The notes under the pieces are model-generated. The model made no database searches and was not told the DNA's origin. It saw only the letters and a program-made list of their open reading frames with translations. From the NCBI GenBank assembly GCA_963714015.1, contig OY970223.1:2752001-2816000 (forward strand): DNA of 64,000 nucleotides. The letters run 5' to 3'. The translations under genes and the position numbers were made by a program. How positions within the stretch are numbered: position 1 is the first letter of the stretch; every line of letters begins with the position of its first letter. Positions 51,284 to 63,281 of the stretch are shown in pieces. The stretch comes from Vulcanimicrobiota bacterium (lineage in GTDB: Bacteria; Vulcanimicrobiota; Vulcanimicrobiia; Vulcanimicrobiales; Vulcanimicrobiaceae).

Positions 51284-52030
51284 TAAGCGCCCCCGAAGCG
51301 TCGCTGCCGTTTTTGAAATTCTATCAGCGCCCGTACGAATTCGTCCTTGCCGAAATCCGGCCAATACACCTCGCTCATAACGAGTCTCCGTATATGCGAC
51401 CTGGTAGAGAAGGAAATTAGACAGGCGGTGTTCGCCGCCTGGTCTGATGAGGATGTCGGGGTCCGGCAGGTTCCCCGTGTCCAGATAGGACGCTATCAGT
51501 TCTTCGTCGATCGCGCCGGGTGCCAGGCGCCCCGTAGCAACGTTCTGCGCAATTTGCGCCACGGCGCGCTGCAGTTCCGATCGCGCGCTGTAATTCACCG
51601 CCAGGTTCAGCAGCAATCCGCTGTTGGAAGCCGTGCGCCGCATCAGGTCCTCGAGCGCTTCGCGGGAGGCCGGCGGGAGCGCCCGATAGGCGCCGATCAC
51701 GTTCACTCGCACGTCGTTGCGGCAGAGCTCGGCCAGCTCGTTCTGTGCGAAGTATACGCACAGATCGAGCAGCAGTGAAATCTCGGTGGAGTCGCGACGC
51801 CAATTCTCGGTCGAGAATCCATACACGGTCAGAATGCCGATGCCTAAGTCGCTGCAGGCACGGGTGATTTCGCGCAGCGCGATCATGCCCCGGCGATGGC
51901 CTTCTATCGCAGGAAGCGCGCGCTTTTTCGCCCAGCGCCGATTGCCATCCATGATGATGGCGACGTGTCGCGGAAGGTTCGCTGAATCGAGTTCCGCCGC
52001 CAGTGACGGAATGACGCCGGTTATTGTCAT
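51283..52030 (-). CDS. uppS: Undecaprenyl/polyprenyl diphosphate synthase (1-nt insertion near 51385)
   Basis: HVAIIMDGNRRW, FSTENW, RLSNFLLYQ; shifted frame continues LVMSEVYWPDF...RRFGGA*. Confidence 0.93.
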
Positions 52031-52276
52031 TGCCTTAGTATGCGCCTGAGGAAACGGCAGGGGCTCGTACGCCTCATACCCGCAAACGAGCTCGACCAAC
52101 GCTTCGTCCTGCGGCGGGGCGTCTCCGGCATTGACCGGCCGAGCTCGAAGAACGCGCAGCGTACCTCGGCCTGCGTATGCGCCGAGCGGCGCGAGGACGG
52201 AGAATTCGACGCATCGTCCTGCGAGGGCTTTACGAGCGTCGACTTCCGGCATAAGCGTGAGATATTCCAGGGACAT
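52031..52276 (-). CDS. Small hypothetical protein between frr and uppS (in frame with uppS in this assembly)
   Basis: ATG at 52276 after the frr stop; about 82 aa with no UppS similarity. Confidence 0.5.
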
Positions 52277-52284
52277 AATGGAGG

Positions 52285-52842
52285 CTACACCTCCATGATT
52301 TCTTTTTCTTTGCTCGCGATCAGCTGATCGATTTCTTTGACGAACTTGTCCGTGAGCTTTTGCAGCTGATCCTGAAAGCGCTTGTTCTCGTCCTCGGTAA
52401 TCTTGTGGTCTTTGAGCTGCGTCTTCAGATCGTCGTGAATCTTGTGGCGCACGTTGCGCACGGCGACCTTGCCGTCTTCGCCTTTTTTCTTGACGAGCTT
52501 GACCAGGTCTTTGCGGCGTTCTTCGTTCAGCGGCGGAATGACGAGCCGGATCTGCGTGCCGTCGATGTTCGGCGTCAGACCCAGGTCGCTCTTTTCGATC
52601 GCCTTTCGGATCTCGCCGACGGTGTTGCGATCGAAGGCGGCAATCAACAAGGATCGCGCGTCTGGAACGCTGACTGTCGCGACTTGCTTGAGCGGCACGG
52701 CGGAACCGTAAGCCTCGACGTGCAGCCGGTCGAGCAAAGCCGGTGAAGCGCGTCCCGTCCGGATTGAGGCGAACTCGCCGCGCGTGGCCTCGACCGCCTT
52801 GTTCATCCTGCTTTCGGCGTCTTTGATGTTGTCGGTTGCCAT
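52285..52842 (-). CDS. frr: Ribosome recycling factor
   Basis: IRTGRASP, PPLNEERRKDLVK, KEKEIMEV. Confidence 0.96.
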   Translation of the reverse strand: MATDNIKDAESRMNKAVEATRGEFASIRTGRASPALLDRLHVEAYGSAVPLKQVATVSVPDARSLLIAAFDRNTVGEIRKAIEKSDLGLTPNIDGTQIRLVIPPLNEERRKDLVKLVKKKGEDGKVAVRNVRHKIHDDLKTQLKDHKITEDENKRFQDQLQKLTDKFVKEIDQLIASKEKEIMEV

Positions 52843-52849
52843 CAAAAAA

Positions 52850-54203
<1,354 letters not shown>

Positions 54204-54236
54204 GGTTGACACAGATATTCTCCAGAACGGTTTTTT

Positions 54237-55060
54237 TTACTTAGTGCGGTCGGGTGCGAGAGGAGTGAAGAGCCGGCTTCGGCCTCGGCCAGCGTGGTGA
54301 CCGTTTCCTCGGGCTGGGCGTAAGATTCGTAGTCGATGCTTTCATCGCCATAGTCGGCGGCATCGCCCGCGCTCTGCGTCTCGGTCCGGCCTTCGATGAT
54401 CGCGTCGGCGATCTTAGAGACCATCAGTTTGACCGCGCGAATCGCGTCGTCGTTACCTGGAATCGGGAAGTCGATCTCATCCGGATCGCAGTTCGTGTCG
54501 ATGACGGCGATGATTGGAATCTTCAGCTTGCGCGCTTCCAGCACCGCAATGCGCTCTTTCTTGGGGTCGACGATGAAGACTGCGTCGGGCAAACGGTGCA
54601 TGTCCTTGATGCCGCCCAAGAAGCGCTCGAGCTTGCCCATCTCGTCGGAAAGCTTCGCGACTTCCTTTTTAGGAAGACGATCGAAGTCGCCTTGCTGCTT
54701 CATATTCTCTAGTTCACGCAGACGCGCGATGCGCTTCTGAATCGTCGCAAAATTCGTGAGCGTGCCTCCCAGCCAGCGCTGGTTCACGTAAAAAGTGCCG
54801 GCGCGTTCGGATTCTTCTTTGACGACGTCTTGCGCTTGCTTTTTGGTTCCGACGAAGAGGACGACTTTGCCCTCGCGCGACATCTGCTTGACCGCCTCGT
54901 ACGTCTCGCGCAGCTTTTGAACGGTAAGGGCGAGATCGATGATGTAGATGCCGTTACGCTCTTGGAAGATGTACGGCTTCATTTTCGGGTTCCACCGGCG
55001 GGTCTGGTGGCCGAAATGGACGCCCGCTTCGAGCAGGGCGCGCATGGAAATAACCGACAA
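54237..55060 (-). CDS. rpsB: 30S ribosomal protein S2 (probable indel in the acidic tail; TAA at 54237-54239 in a shifted frame)
   Basis: [36 protein letters not shown] start with GAAAGG upstream. Confidence 0.95.
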
Positions 55061-55168
55061 GTCAGTCAACCTTTCTGGACCTCGGGCCGGCCGCCGTCCT
55101 GGCACCTTCCCACGTTGAGGCCATAACCACCCTGCCTCCATGCCGGGTGAAGTAGGAACAACCGGGTG

Positions 55169-55177
55169 AGTATACCA
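55169..55177 (-). promoter_or_regulatory. Extended -10 element (TGGTATACT) of the rpsB-tsf operon, about 110 nt upstream of the start
   Basis: TGnTATACT on the minus strand, followed by a GC-rich leader. Confidence 0.6.
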
Positions 55178-55277
55178 CGCCGCTTAAAGCCATGTCATCC
55201 GCAGCCGGCGCTTCGCGCATAACGCGCGACCGGTCGCCGCGAACAGCGTCGAACCGCGCGGGCGGCGCGAGTGAAGC

Positions 55278-55604
55278 TTACCTGCTCACCCGGCAGGCAG
55301 CCGCCGCGTCATCAAGCGTTAGGAACGTCGGCCAAGCCTCGTCCAGGCGAACGATATGAAAGATGCGTTGGATCATAGGTGACGCGATGACGATTTTGGC
55401 TAGATCGAGCCCGCGGCTATCCCGCTCCTTGCGCAGGTGGACGAGCGCGCCCAGACACGTGCTGTCGATATAGTTCGCGCCGGACAGGTCGAGGATGACG
55501 TCGGGCGCGTCATACACGGACTCTAGCCGCTGGCGCAATTCGTCGACACGATAGACGTCCCAGTCGCCCTCCAGCGCTATAACCAGCGGCTCATCCGCCG
55601 TCAT
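55278..55604 (-). CDS. STAS domain anti-sigma factor antagonist
   Basis: LEGDWD, VILDLSGANYIDSTCLGAL, TLDDA. Confidence 0.87.
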   Translation of the reverse strand: MTADEPLVIALEGDWDVYRVDELRQRLESVYDAPDVILDLSGANYIDSTCLGALVHLRKERDSRGLDLAKIVIASPMIQRIFHIVRLDEAWPTFLTLDDAAAACRVSR

Positions 55605-55721
55605 GCTGTGCGGCTCTCTTGGCGCAAGCCCGTCCATTAAATAATAATAGCACGCTAGGCTACGACTTCCCTGTGAAACGCCGGAGGGCGCCTTCAGCAC
55701 GGCGCCATAAGATAGTGCGCC

Positions 55722-56403
55722 ATGGATCCGCACGTCCTCGACGACCTTGGGGCCCTATATCATGACTACCGGCTGTTCGGCGTGCAGAACCGGCAGCTGC
55801 CCAACTTCGTCGTGAACCAGCGAGTCAAGGAACCCATTCTGCTGGGCTACATCTCGCTGGCCATGGGAAAATGCCGCGCCAACGTGGATCAGCCGGTATC
55901 CTTTGCCGAGCTCTTCTGCGCCGACGGATATTTCACGATGGTCGCGAGCTTGCTCGGTGCGCGGCCTGCCGTAGGCATCGACAACAATCGGGACGGCTGG
56001 AGCAACAACATGATGGAAGTCGCCCGCCGCTTGGGTTGTGACGTTCAGTTTCAGCAGCGTGACGTCAACGAGCTGAGATGGGGCCGGGACGTACGACGTC
56101 GTCGCAAACATCGGCGGCTTGTACCACGTCCCTAACCCGGTCGAGATCCTGCGCAAGTCTTGGAATCTGGCCCGGCGCTATCTTATCGTCCAAAGCGTGG
56201 TCTCGATGGCGAACGAAGGCGAAACGTACTTCGAGTCTCCCGCACCGGGATGGGCGCACGGCAGCCGTTTCAGCGCAAAATCGTTCATCAACATGCTGCG
56301 AATCGAAGGCTACAAGGTCGTTGACGGACACTTCAACGTGCTCGAAGGCAACACGCGCCCGGAAGACCGCGGCAGCGTCTATTTTCTGATCGAAAAAGCA
56401 TAA
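55722..56403 (+). CDS. Class I SAM-dependent methyltransferase (frameshift near 56076)
   Basis: ELFCADGYF, AVGIDN; shifted frame gives YDVVANIGGLYHVPNP. Confidence 0.78.
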
Positions 56404-56485
56404 CGCACCACTAAGCTAAACCAACGTTAAATCGGCGATGCGCGGCTTGCTATGAAAAGGGCCATCGCCGCCGATAACATCCACT

Positions 56486-57361
56486 ATGGACGTTCTTCAA
56501 AGAACCTTGGGCGGCTACGGCATGGGAGCGCAAAAACAGCGAGTGCCGGTGGCGCATTTAGGCCAACGACAAACTATGGGCTTTGCCCACCTGAATTCGT
56601 ATCTTCAAGAGATACTGGGTCCGCGCACGTTCGGCTCCGTGCTGAACATCGGCGCAGGGCGCATGAGCATCATGTTTCGTCAAGCGGAGATGTTTGCCGG
56701 CGACGAGTACCATACGCTCGAAACGCCGGGTGCGGATATCGAGGCTACATATCACTGCTACGGCGAGAATATGGACACCGTCCCAAGCGATCGCTACGAT
56801 TGGCTGATTTCGACAGCCGTATTGGAGCACGTCGCCGATCCTTGGGCGGTCGCGCGTGAAGCAATGCGCGTAACCAAGCCGGGCGGCTTCATCTACACGC
56901 TAACGCCGTTCTACCAGCAGGTTCACGTCGGCCCCACATACAGCGACTACTGGCGATTCACGCCCGCGGGGCTCGAAGCGCTCTTTCCCGGCTGTCGCTT
57001 GCGTGAAGTAGAGATCTGGGGAGACAGCCCAATCACGCCCAACGCTTTTGCAATCCTCGTACAGAAGCCTCCGTTTGAGGAAGCCGCGCAGCTCCGTACA
57101 TCTGGCTTGACTTCCCGAACGAAGATCCGTGGCGGCCATTCACGCCAAATGCTCGTACGCAGTATGATTGCCCGCTGTATCAGCTCGACGAAAACGCCGT
57201 TCGTGATAACGAACGAAATGCAAATGCTGCGCGAACAAATTAACGTTTCCACGGGCACCTTCGTCCCGATTCATCAGATCGTCCGGGGAAGCATCGATCG
57301 GTATGCGCGGCGTATAGGGACGCTCGGCTTCCGGGGCGACACATCGTACGTCAGCGGGTAA
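56486..57361 (+). CDS. Class I SAM-dependent methyltransferase
   Basis: VLNIGAG, VLEHVADP, KPGG, DYWRFT; the C-terminal part may hold compensating indels. Confidence 0.82.
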   Translation: MDVLQRTLGGYGMGAQKQRVPVAHLGQRQTMGFAHLNSYLQEILGPRTFGSVLNIGAGRMSIMFRQAEMFAGDEYHTLETPGADIEATYHCYGENMDTVPSDRYDWLISTAVLEHVADPWAVAREAMRVTKPGGFIYTLTPFYQQVHVGPTYSDYWRFTPAGLEALFPGCRLREVEIWGDSPITPNAFAILVQKPPFEEAAQLRTSGLTSRTKIRGGHSRQMLVRSMIARCISSTKTPFVITNEMQMLREQINVSTGTFVPIHQIVRGSIDRYARRIGTLGFRGDTSYVSG

Positions 57362-57442
57362 TCGCTCGCATCGTCGCGCGCAACCGAGGCATCGCTGCCC
57401 AGGTTTGCGGGACTTTTTCTTTTCGCCTTCGATAATATTTAG

Positions 57443-58447
57443 ATGCGACTACTGGTCACCGGCGGCCTTGGATTTATAGGCTCGAACTTCATTCGTATCT
57501 TGCTGCGAGAGCGCCCAACCGCAACGGTCGTCAATCTGGACGCGATGACGTATGCCGGCAACCCGAACAACTGCGCCGACATCGCGAACGACCGCCGTTA
57601 CAGGTTCATCAAGGGCAACATCTGCGATCCGGCTGTCGTAGAAGCGGCAATCGAGGACGGCGTCGACGCCATCGTCAACTTTGCGGCCGAGACTCACGTC
57701 GATCGATCGATCCTCGACCCGGAAGAGTTTCTGCGGACGGACATTTTAGGCACTCACGTGCTGCTCGAAGCAGTTCGCAAGTTTCACATTCCACGCTACC
57801 TTCAAGTCTCCACCGATGAGGTTTACGGGCACGTGCCCGAGGGAGAATCGGCGGAATCCGATCCGCTTCGTCCGCGCAGCCCTTATAGCGCGAGCAAGGC
57901 CGGCGGCGACCTCCAAGTACTTGCATACTGGACCACGTACCGGACTCCAGTACTGATCACTCGCGGATCGAACACGTACGGCCCGTATCAATATCCGGAA
58001 AAGCTTATTCCGCTGTTCATTACGAACCTGATCGACGGCGAGAGTGTTCCCGTGTATGGCGATGGACTGCAAGTGCGCGATTGGCTTCACGTAAACGATC
58101 ACGCGCGCGGCATCCTTCACGTTCTCGAGCACGGAGAACTGGGCGAGATCTACAACATCGGCGGCGGCAATCCTCAAACCAACATCGACATCACGCGCCG
58201 GCTCATCGAAGCTTGTGGACGATCGATGGAAACCGACGTCAGGCACGTTGCGGACCGCGAGGGGCACGACCGGCGTTATGCGATTGACTGCACTAAGGCT
58301 CGAAAGCTTGGCTGGAAATCCGAAGTTCCGTTCGACCAGGGTCTCGCATCGACGATCGAGTGGTACAAGCGTAACGAGGCGTGGTGGCGGCCACTGAAGA
58401 GCGGCGAATTCCTGGCCTATTACAGGCGGCAGTACGCGCACAGATAA
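57443..58447 (+). CDS. rfbB: dTDP-glucose 4,6-dehydratase
   Basis: TGGLGFIGS, FAAETHVDRSI, STDEVYG, YSASK, EKLIP, HDRRYA. Confidence 0.96.
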   Translation: MRLLVTGGLGFIGSNFIRILLRERPTATVVNLDAMTYAGNPNNCADIANDRRYRFIKGNICDPAVVEAAIEDGVDAIVNFAAETHVDRSILDPEEFLRTDILGTHVLLEAVRKFHIPRYLQVSTDEVYGHVPEGESAESDPLRPRSPYSASKAGGDLQVLAYWTTYRTPVLITRGSNTYGPYQYPEKLIPLFITNLIDGESVPVYGDGLQVRDWLHVNDHARGILHVLEHGELGEIYNIGGGNPQTNIDITRRLIEACGRSMETDVRHVADREGHDRRYAIDCTKARKLGWKSEVPFDQGLASTIEWYKRNEAWWRPLKSGEFLAYYRRQYAHR

Positions 58448-58470
58448 ACCTTGGAGCCGTTGACGGAAAC

Positions 58471-59295
58471 TTAGCCCTGATGGCGGCGGTAAAGTCGACG
58501 GTCCTCGGGTTGGTAGTACTCGTCCAGATTCGTTACGACGCGCGTGTAATAACCCAAGAGTTGCTGGGTCCTCGGCGGCAGCGACAAAACCACGTCATCC
58601 CCAAGCGCTCGAACGTAGTCGATCTGCTGCTTGATAAACGACCGCGTAAACTGGTGGTTCATTGCGAGACGGTCTCTTCCGGAACTGTTTTGCCCCGCTG
58701 CGTGCCAAATCGTTGAATCAAAGATCACCATCGAACCGCTCGGCGCTACAGCGGGGACGCTCGCTCGTTGCATGTAATCCGGATCGGGAAGCTCGCCACG
58801 TTGGTGGCTCCCTGGAACGAATAGCGTGGAACCGTTGCTCTCGGTAAACTCATCGATGGCAAAGAATACGTTGATGGACGCAAGATAGCCATTCAGGTAC
58901 CTGGGAAAGTCGCGATGGAATGTATTTTGGAAAACTGCAGGTGAAGCAACCGTGGCGCAAGAGGGCAGAATGAAGCCATTTTGGAGATGGAGTATCGCCG
59001 TATCACCCAGTGTTGCATCGACGACGCGCAGCACCGGTTCGAGCTGCAAGAAATCGAAGAAATGGCGGTCGTACCTCAAAAGGAGACGCAGAGTTCCGAT
59101 CTCACCGGCGGCTCTGAGTCTGTCCTCTCCAATCTCCGCAACGATACCGTCACGGGCACGACGAAGCGCTGAGCGCGTGCGGTCGACGAACTCTTCCGAT
59201 AGGACACCCGTCACGACCCCATATCCGTCGTCTCTGAGCGCCTGAAGCGTAAGATCCAGCCATCGGTCGTCTTTAAGGGAAACGAGGAATGTCAT
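58471..59295 (-). CDS. PhyH-family Fe(II)/2-oxoglutarate dioxygenase
   Basis: FHRD (HxD), NGST-FVPGSH, WHAAG, distal R. Confidence 0.9.
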   Translation of the reverse strand: MTFLVSLKDDRWLDLTLQALRDDGYGVVTGVLSEEFVDRTRSALRRARDGIVAEIGEDRLRAAGEIGTLRLLLRYDRHFFDFLQLEPVLRVVDATLGDTAILHLQNGFILPSCATVASPAVFQNTFHRDFPRYLNGYLASINVFFAIDEFTESNGSTLFVPGSHQRGELPDPDYMQRASVPAVAPSGSMVIFDSTIWHAAGQNSSGRDRLAMNHQFTRSFIKQQIDYVRALGDDVVLSLPPRTQQLLGYYTRVVTNLDEYYQPEDRRLYRRHQG

Positions 59296-60197
59296 CGCAC
59301 CAATCGCGCTAGGCCGAAACCGGTTCTTCCGTACGAATTTCCATTGTAGAGCATATACCTAACACCCGCGTGATCGAACACGTGAGGGTAGCAAACCATC
59401 TCTGAATCCCAGCCATCAGGACTAACGTCGATTCCGGCCTCCTCGTCCTTCCGGGTCCAATCGATTCCGTCCGGCGATTCCGCATATCCTATTCGGTACC
59501 GCTCGCCGCGGAAACAATACCACATCCGGTAGATCGCATCGTCCCTAATGACGCTCGGACGGGCGATTGCGTACTCGCCAGGCTTGAAGTCAACGCACAC
59601 CCGGCCATCCCGGCGCCAAAAAATACCGTCATCCGATTCTGCATACCTGACATGATAAAAGTGCTTTGGAGCGCCGTTCTCGAGTTCCCATCGCTGACCG
59701 GAGATGTACCACATTCGCCAGAATCCCCTATCCCGCATTACAAACGGCGAGGCAGTCAAGAACGGGTCAGTGGGGTTGCGGTCGATAATCGGCGCGAGCG
59801 AAAGCTTCGCGTAGTTGAGCGCGGCAGCTTCGCTCGTTGCAAGCCCGATGTTGTAATAAAACGGCACGGTTTTTCCCAGCATGACGCCCGTGAAATACAT
59901 GAACTGACGGCCTTCGTGCACGACCGCCGAGGCGCTAAGCACGCCACGGTCATCGAAAGCCCCTAGAGGCCCAACCGTCAGAATTGGCGTCTTCGATATA
60001 ACGGCCGATCCTACCGGATCGCGAAGGTCGGTCTCGACATAGCCGATTTGGGCGCGCCCCTCGCGGTCACGTCCGGAGCAGTAGACCCGCACTCGAGTTC
60101 CTGCCAGCGGCGTTGCAAAAGGGAGGGCCGCATGCGTCACCATCCAATCCGCGGCATTCTCCGGATCGACGATCCGTCCGAGTTTCTGCCACTTCAT
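59292..60197 (-). CDS. Five-bladed beta-propeller glycosidase-like protein (GH32/43/130 clan-like)
   Basis: MKWQKLG, FDDRG, repeated YAESxDGxxW blades, MLYNGN-YG-TGFG. Confidence 0.75.
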   Translation of the reverse strand: MKWQKLGRIVDPENAADWMVTHAALPFATPLAGTRVRVYCSGRDREGRAQIGYVETDLRDPVGSAVISKTPILTVGPLGAFDDRGVLSASAVVHEGRQFMYFTGVMLGKTVPFYYNIGLATSEAAALNYAKLSLAPIIDRNPTDPFLTASPFVMRDRGFWRMWYISGQRWELENGAPKHFYHVRYAESDDGIFWRRDGRVCVDFKPGEYAIARPSVIRDDAIYRMWYCFRGERYRIGYAESPDGIDWTRKDEEAGIDVSPDGWDSEMVCYPHVFDHAGVRYMLYNGNSYGRTGFGLARLVR

Positions 60198-61788
60198 CCT
60201 GCAAGCCGTTCTGCGACGAGCTCGCGAATGATCTCTGCGTAACGAGCAGTGCTCGCCCGAAGGTTGTATTGTTCGACGACGCGCTCGCGCAACGCGTTTC
60301 CGTCGACTACGCGGGCTTCAGGATCGTTTATGTAGCGCCGCGCGATTTCAACATAAGCCCCGATGTCGCCGGCGTCCGCTATCGGAACGATTCCGTCGAG
60401 TCGGGTCTCTGCAGTAGCCGTTATGGCACCGGCGCTCGTTGGGTCCAGATCGGGGTCTAAGGCGCGGCGCATGCCGACGATCGGCAGACCCGCTTGCATA
60501 GCATCCATTAGGCTCTGCCCACCGGTCCATGGATGAGTATCGCAGTAAAGATCAACGCTCTTTACCAGACGCGGTGCATCAGCTTGACGCATCCCTAAGT
60601 ACACAGTTTTGTTTGCAACGGCGCGGCGATCGAAGAACGCTCGAATTGCGGGCAGCCGGCCTGAAGAATCGGGGCCCGCTAAGACCAGCCACGCCTTTGC
60701 TTCAGATTCGAGAATCCTGGCCAGGCTCTCCAGGTACACGGGAGTGTCGCACTTTTCGATTCGACCGAACGTCGCCAGCGCAACCGCATCGCTGGGAATG
60801 CCGAGCTCGCTTTTCTGAATCGGCGTCGCGGCGTCTATTTCGTCTGCCATTGCGACGCCGCCGCCCGTAAAGCGGCTCTTTCCCGGCCACGCAGTTTTTA
60901 TCTCCTGTTCCGGCGAGACGCCATGATTGATAAGGTCGAATTTCCCGACCTGCGGTTCCAACGCACGGACGTCGAACGTTTGCACGGGAGCGACGCCGAT
61001 ACAGGCGATGAGTTTCGCCAAATTGTCAACGGCGGACGTAAGATAGACGGCCACATGCGGTTGGCGCACGTTGAAGTAGTTTATGAGCCAGCGCGTTCGC
61101 TGTTCCCACGTGCCGGCAGGCGTTTCGGCGAACGACACGCCGAGATCTCGCAGGATGCGAACTATCCGCGAACCGGCGCTGGCACCCATGCCGGTCGAGA
61201 CAACCTCCACCGAAAATCCGAGAGCCGAAAAATACTCTGTACGCTTGAGCGTCATTACGCTGGGTCCATCTTCGTCCGCAAGTACCGAACACAGGCAGAC
61301 CATCCTAAGGAGTCGGAACGCGCTGCGCCAAAGCGCGGACCCGGGACGAATGTGGCGAGCTTTTCGATCGCCCTGTCGATCTCGATATCGTGAGCGAATC
61401 TCATGGCGCGCCGGGAGCGCGCGTCCCGCCGCTGACCAGATGCAAAGCCGCGGTTCACAGCTTCTTGCAGATACTGCATGGCCGCATCGACGCTCCCTGC
61501 TTGCGCCGCTTGAATTCCGAGCCCCTTGAGGACCTCGATGAACGGCTCGTCCCAGTCTGAAATCTCGAGCAAGCGCTGGACCGCGTTCAGCGTTCCTTGG
61601 TCAGCGTACTGTTGCTCTCGCGCCAAATTCGCAGTCGCCTGCAAGGCGCTGCGAATAGCCGTCTTACCCAAGGCCAGGCGGGCAGTCGCGCGTGCCTTCG
61701 CGTCCCCCGACTCTAGTAAATCGCTCAACTCCGACTCGCTGAAATCCAACCGCGCGTTGATTCCAGCGATCAGTTCTTGAAGCGTCAT
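60194..61788 (-). CDS. GT-B glycosyltransferase with helical/TPR-like N-terminus, GT41/OGT-like C-terminal motifs (frameshift near 61308)
   Basis: TFGRIEK, DLYCDTHPWTGGQSLMDAMQAGLPIV; two ORFs joined by one indel. Confidence 0.75.
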
Positions 61789-61877
61789 GCCGCGAGGTTC
61801 GCGGCAAGAAATGGTGACACCCGTAACACCGCGAAGGCCCTCCACGATGCACCGGACCACAAGATCGGAGGCGCTAG

Positions 61878-62618
61878 ATTAAGGGTGTAATTCTTGCAGG
61901 CGGCCTAGGAACGCGGCTTCGCCCTTTAACTAAGGTCACGAACAAGCATCTCCTGCCGATCTACGACAAGCCGATGATCTATTACCCGATCGAGGCTTTG
62001 TGCCGAGCCGGCATTCGGGATATTATGATCGTGACGGGCGGGAATTCCGCGGGCGATTTTCTTAGACTGCTCGGAAACGGCAGAGAGTTTGGACTCAAGG
62101 ACATCAACTATACGTACCAAGAAGGCGAAGGAGGGATCGCGGACGCGCTAAAACTCTGCGAACACTTCGCCGAAGGCGATAGAATGTGCGTCATCTTGGG
62201 CGACAACATCGTTCAAGACGACATCTCTCCGTACGTGACTAAATTTCTAGAGCAAGATTCAGGCGCCCGCATTCTCCTCAAGCGCGTCGACGATCCCGAG
62301 CGTTTCGGCTGTCCGGTCCTCGACGGAGACCGAATCGTCGCAATCGAAGAAAAACCGCAAAGTCCAAAGAGCGAGTACGCCGTGACCGGAATCTACATGT
62401 ACGACCGGCGAGTGTTCGATTTTTGCCGCCGCCTCGAACCTTCGGCTCGCGGAGAGCTCGAGATCACGGACGTCAATAACGCTTACATTAAGGAAGGCGA
62501 CCTCTTCTACGATGTCCTCGAGGGATGGTGGACGGATGCCGGACAGTTTGAAAGCCTGTTGCGCGCTAATCAGCTCGTAGCCGAAATACGGCGAGTCCAA
62601 CCGAGCGCAACCGAATGA
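61878..62618 (+). CDS. rfbA: Glucose-1-phosphate thymidylyltransferase (short form), ATT start
   Basis: (I/M)KGVILAGGLGTRLRPLTK, LPIYDKPMI, LGDN, SARGELEITD, WTDAG. Confidence 0.9.
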   Translation: MKGVILAGGLGTRLRPLTKVTNKHLLPIYDKPMIYYPIEALCRAGIRDIMIVTGGNSAGDFLRLLGNGREFGLKDINYTYQEGEGGIADALKLCEHFAEGDRMCVILGDNIVQDDISPYVTKFLEQDSGARILLKRVDDPERFGCPVLDGDRIVAIEEKPQSPKSEYAVTGIYMYDRRVFDFCRRLEPSARGELEITDVNNAYIKEGDLFYDVLEGWWTDAGQFESLLRANQLVAEIRRVQPSATE

Positions 62619-63277
62619 AAAAAGCGGTCGTCTTCGGCGTCGGCGACTTCGCTCAGGTCGCTTCACTCTATCTTCGGGATGATAGCGAATACAAAATCGA
62701 GGCTTTTACGGTGAACAGAGCGTACATCGAACGGGAAAGCCTTTTGGATTTGCCCATAGTTGCGTTTGAAGACTTGGACCAAAGTTACCCAAGCGGCGAA
62801 TTCGCAATCTTCGTGGCAATTGGTTTCAGCAAGGTAAACGCGGCTCGCCGATCCGTTTTCGAGGCCTGCCGAGAGCGCGGGTACGTCGTACCAACGTACG
62901 TTAACTCCACTGTGAACGTATGGAGGGAAACGTCCATCGGAGACGGTTGCTTCATTTTCGAGAACAATGTGATTCAGCCGTTCGTCGAGATTGGAAGCAA
63001 CTGCGTGCTTTGGAGCGGGAACCACATCGGCCACCATTCGAGAATCGGCGACAACGTCTTCATTGCAAGCCATGTCGTTATCTCCGGAAAGTGCAGTATC
63101 GGAAACAATACGTTTATCGGCGTGAACGCAACTTTCCGTGACGGCATCACGGTGGGTCCGGACTGCGTTATCGGTGCCGGCGCCATCGTTCTCAAGGACA
63201 CCGTAGAAAGCGGCGTGTACAAGAGCGTCAACACGGAGCCGCAGGAACGCCGCAGCCACGAGCTCCGGAACTTCTAA
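62615..63277 (+). CDS. Hexapeptide-repeat sugar acetyltransferase (NeuD/PglD-like)
   Basis: VVFGVG, FVAIG, left-handed beta-helix repeats with IGHH. Confidence 0.88.
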   Translation: MKKAVVFGVGDFAQVASLYLRDDSEYKIEAFTVNRAYIERESLLDLPIVAFEDLDQSYPSGEFAIFVAIGFSKVNAARRSVFEACRERGYVVPTYVNSTVNVWRETSIGDGCFIFENNVIQPFVEIGSNCVLWSGNHIGHHSRIGDNVFIASHVVISGKCSIGNNTFIGVNATFRDGITVGPDCVIGAGAIVLKDTVESGVYKSVNTEPQERRSHELRNF

Positions 63278-63281
63278 TCCC

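Noticed and set aside
50438..52276. 612-aa UppS-CdsA fusion
   Set aside because: The conserved UppS tail (WPDF...RRFGG*) is present in a shifted frame after 51385, so the fusion is an indel artefact.
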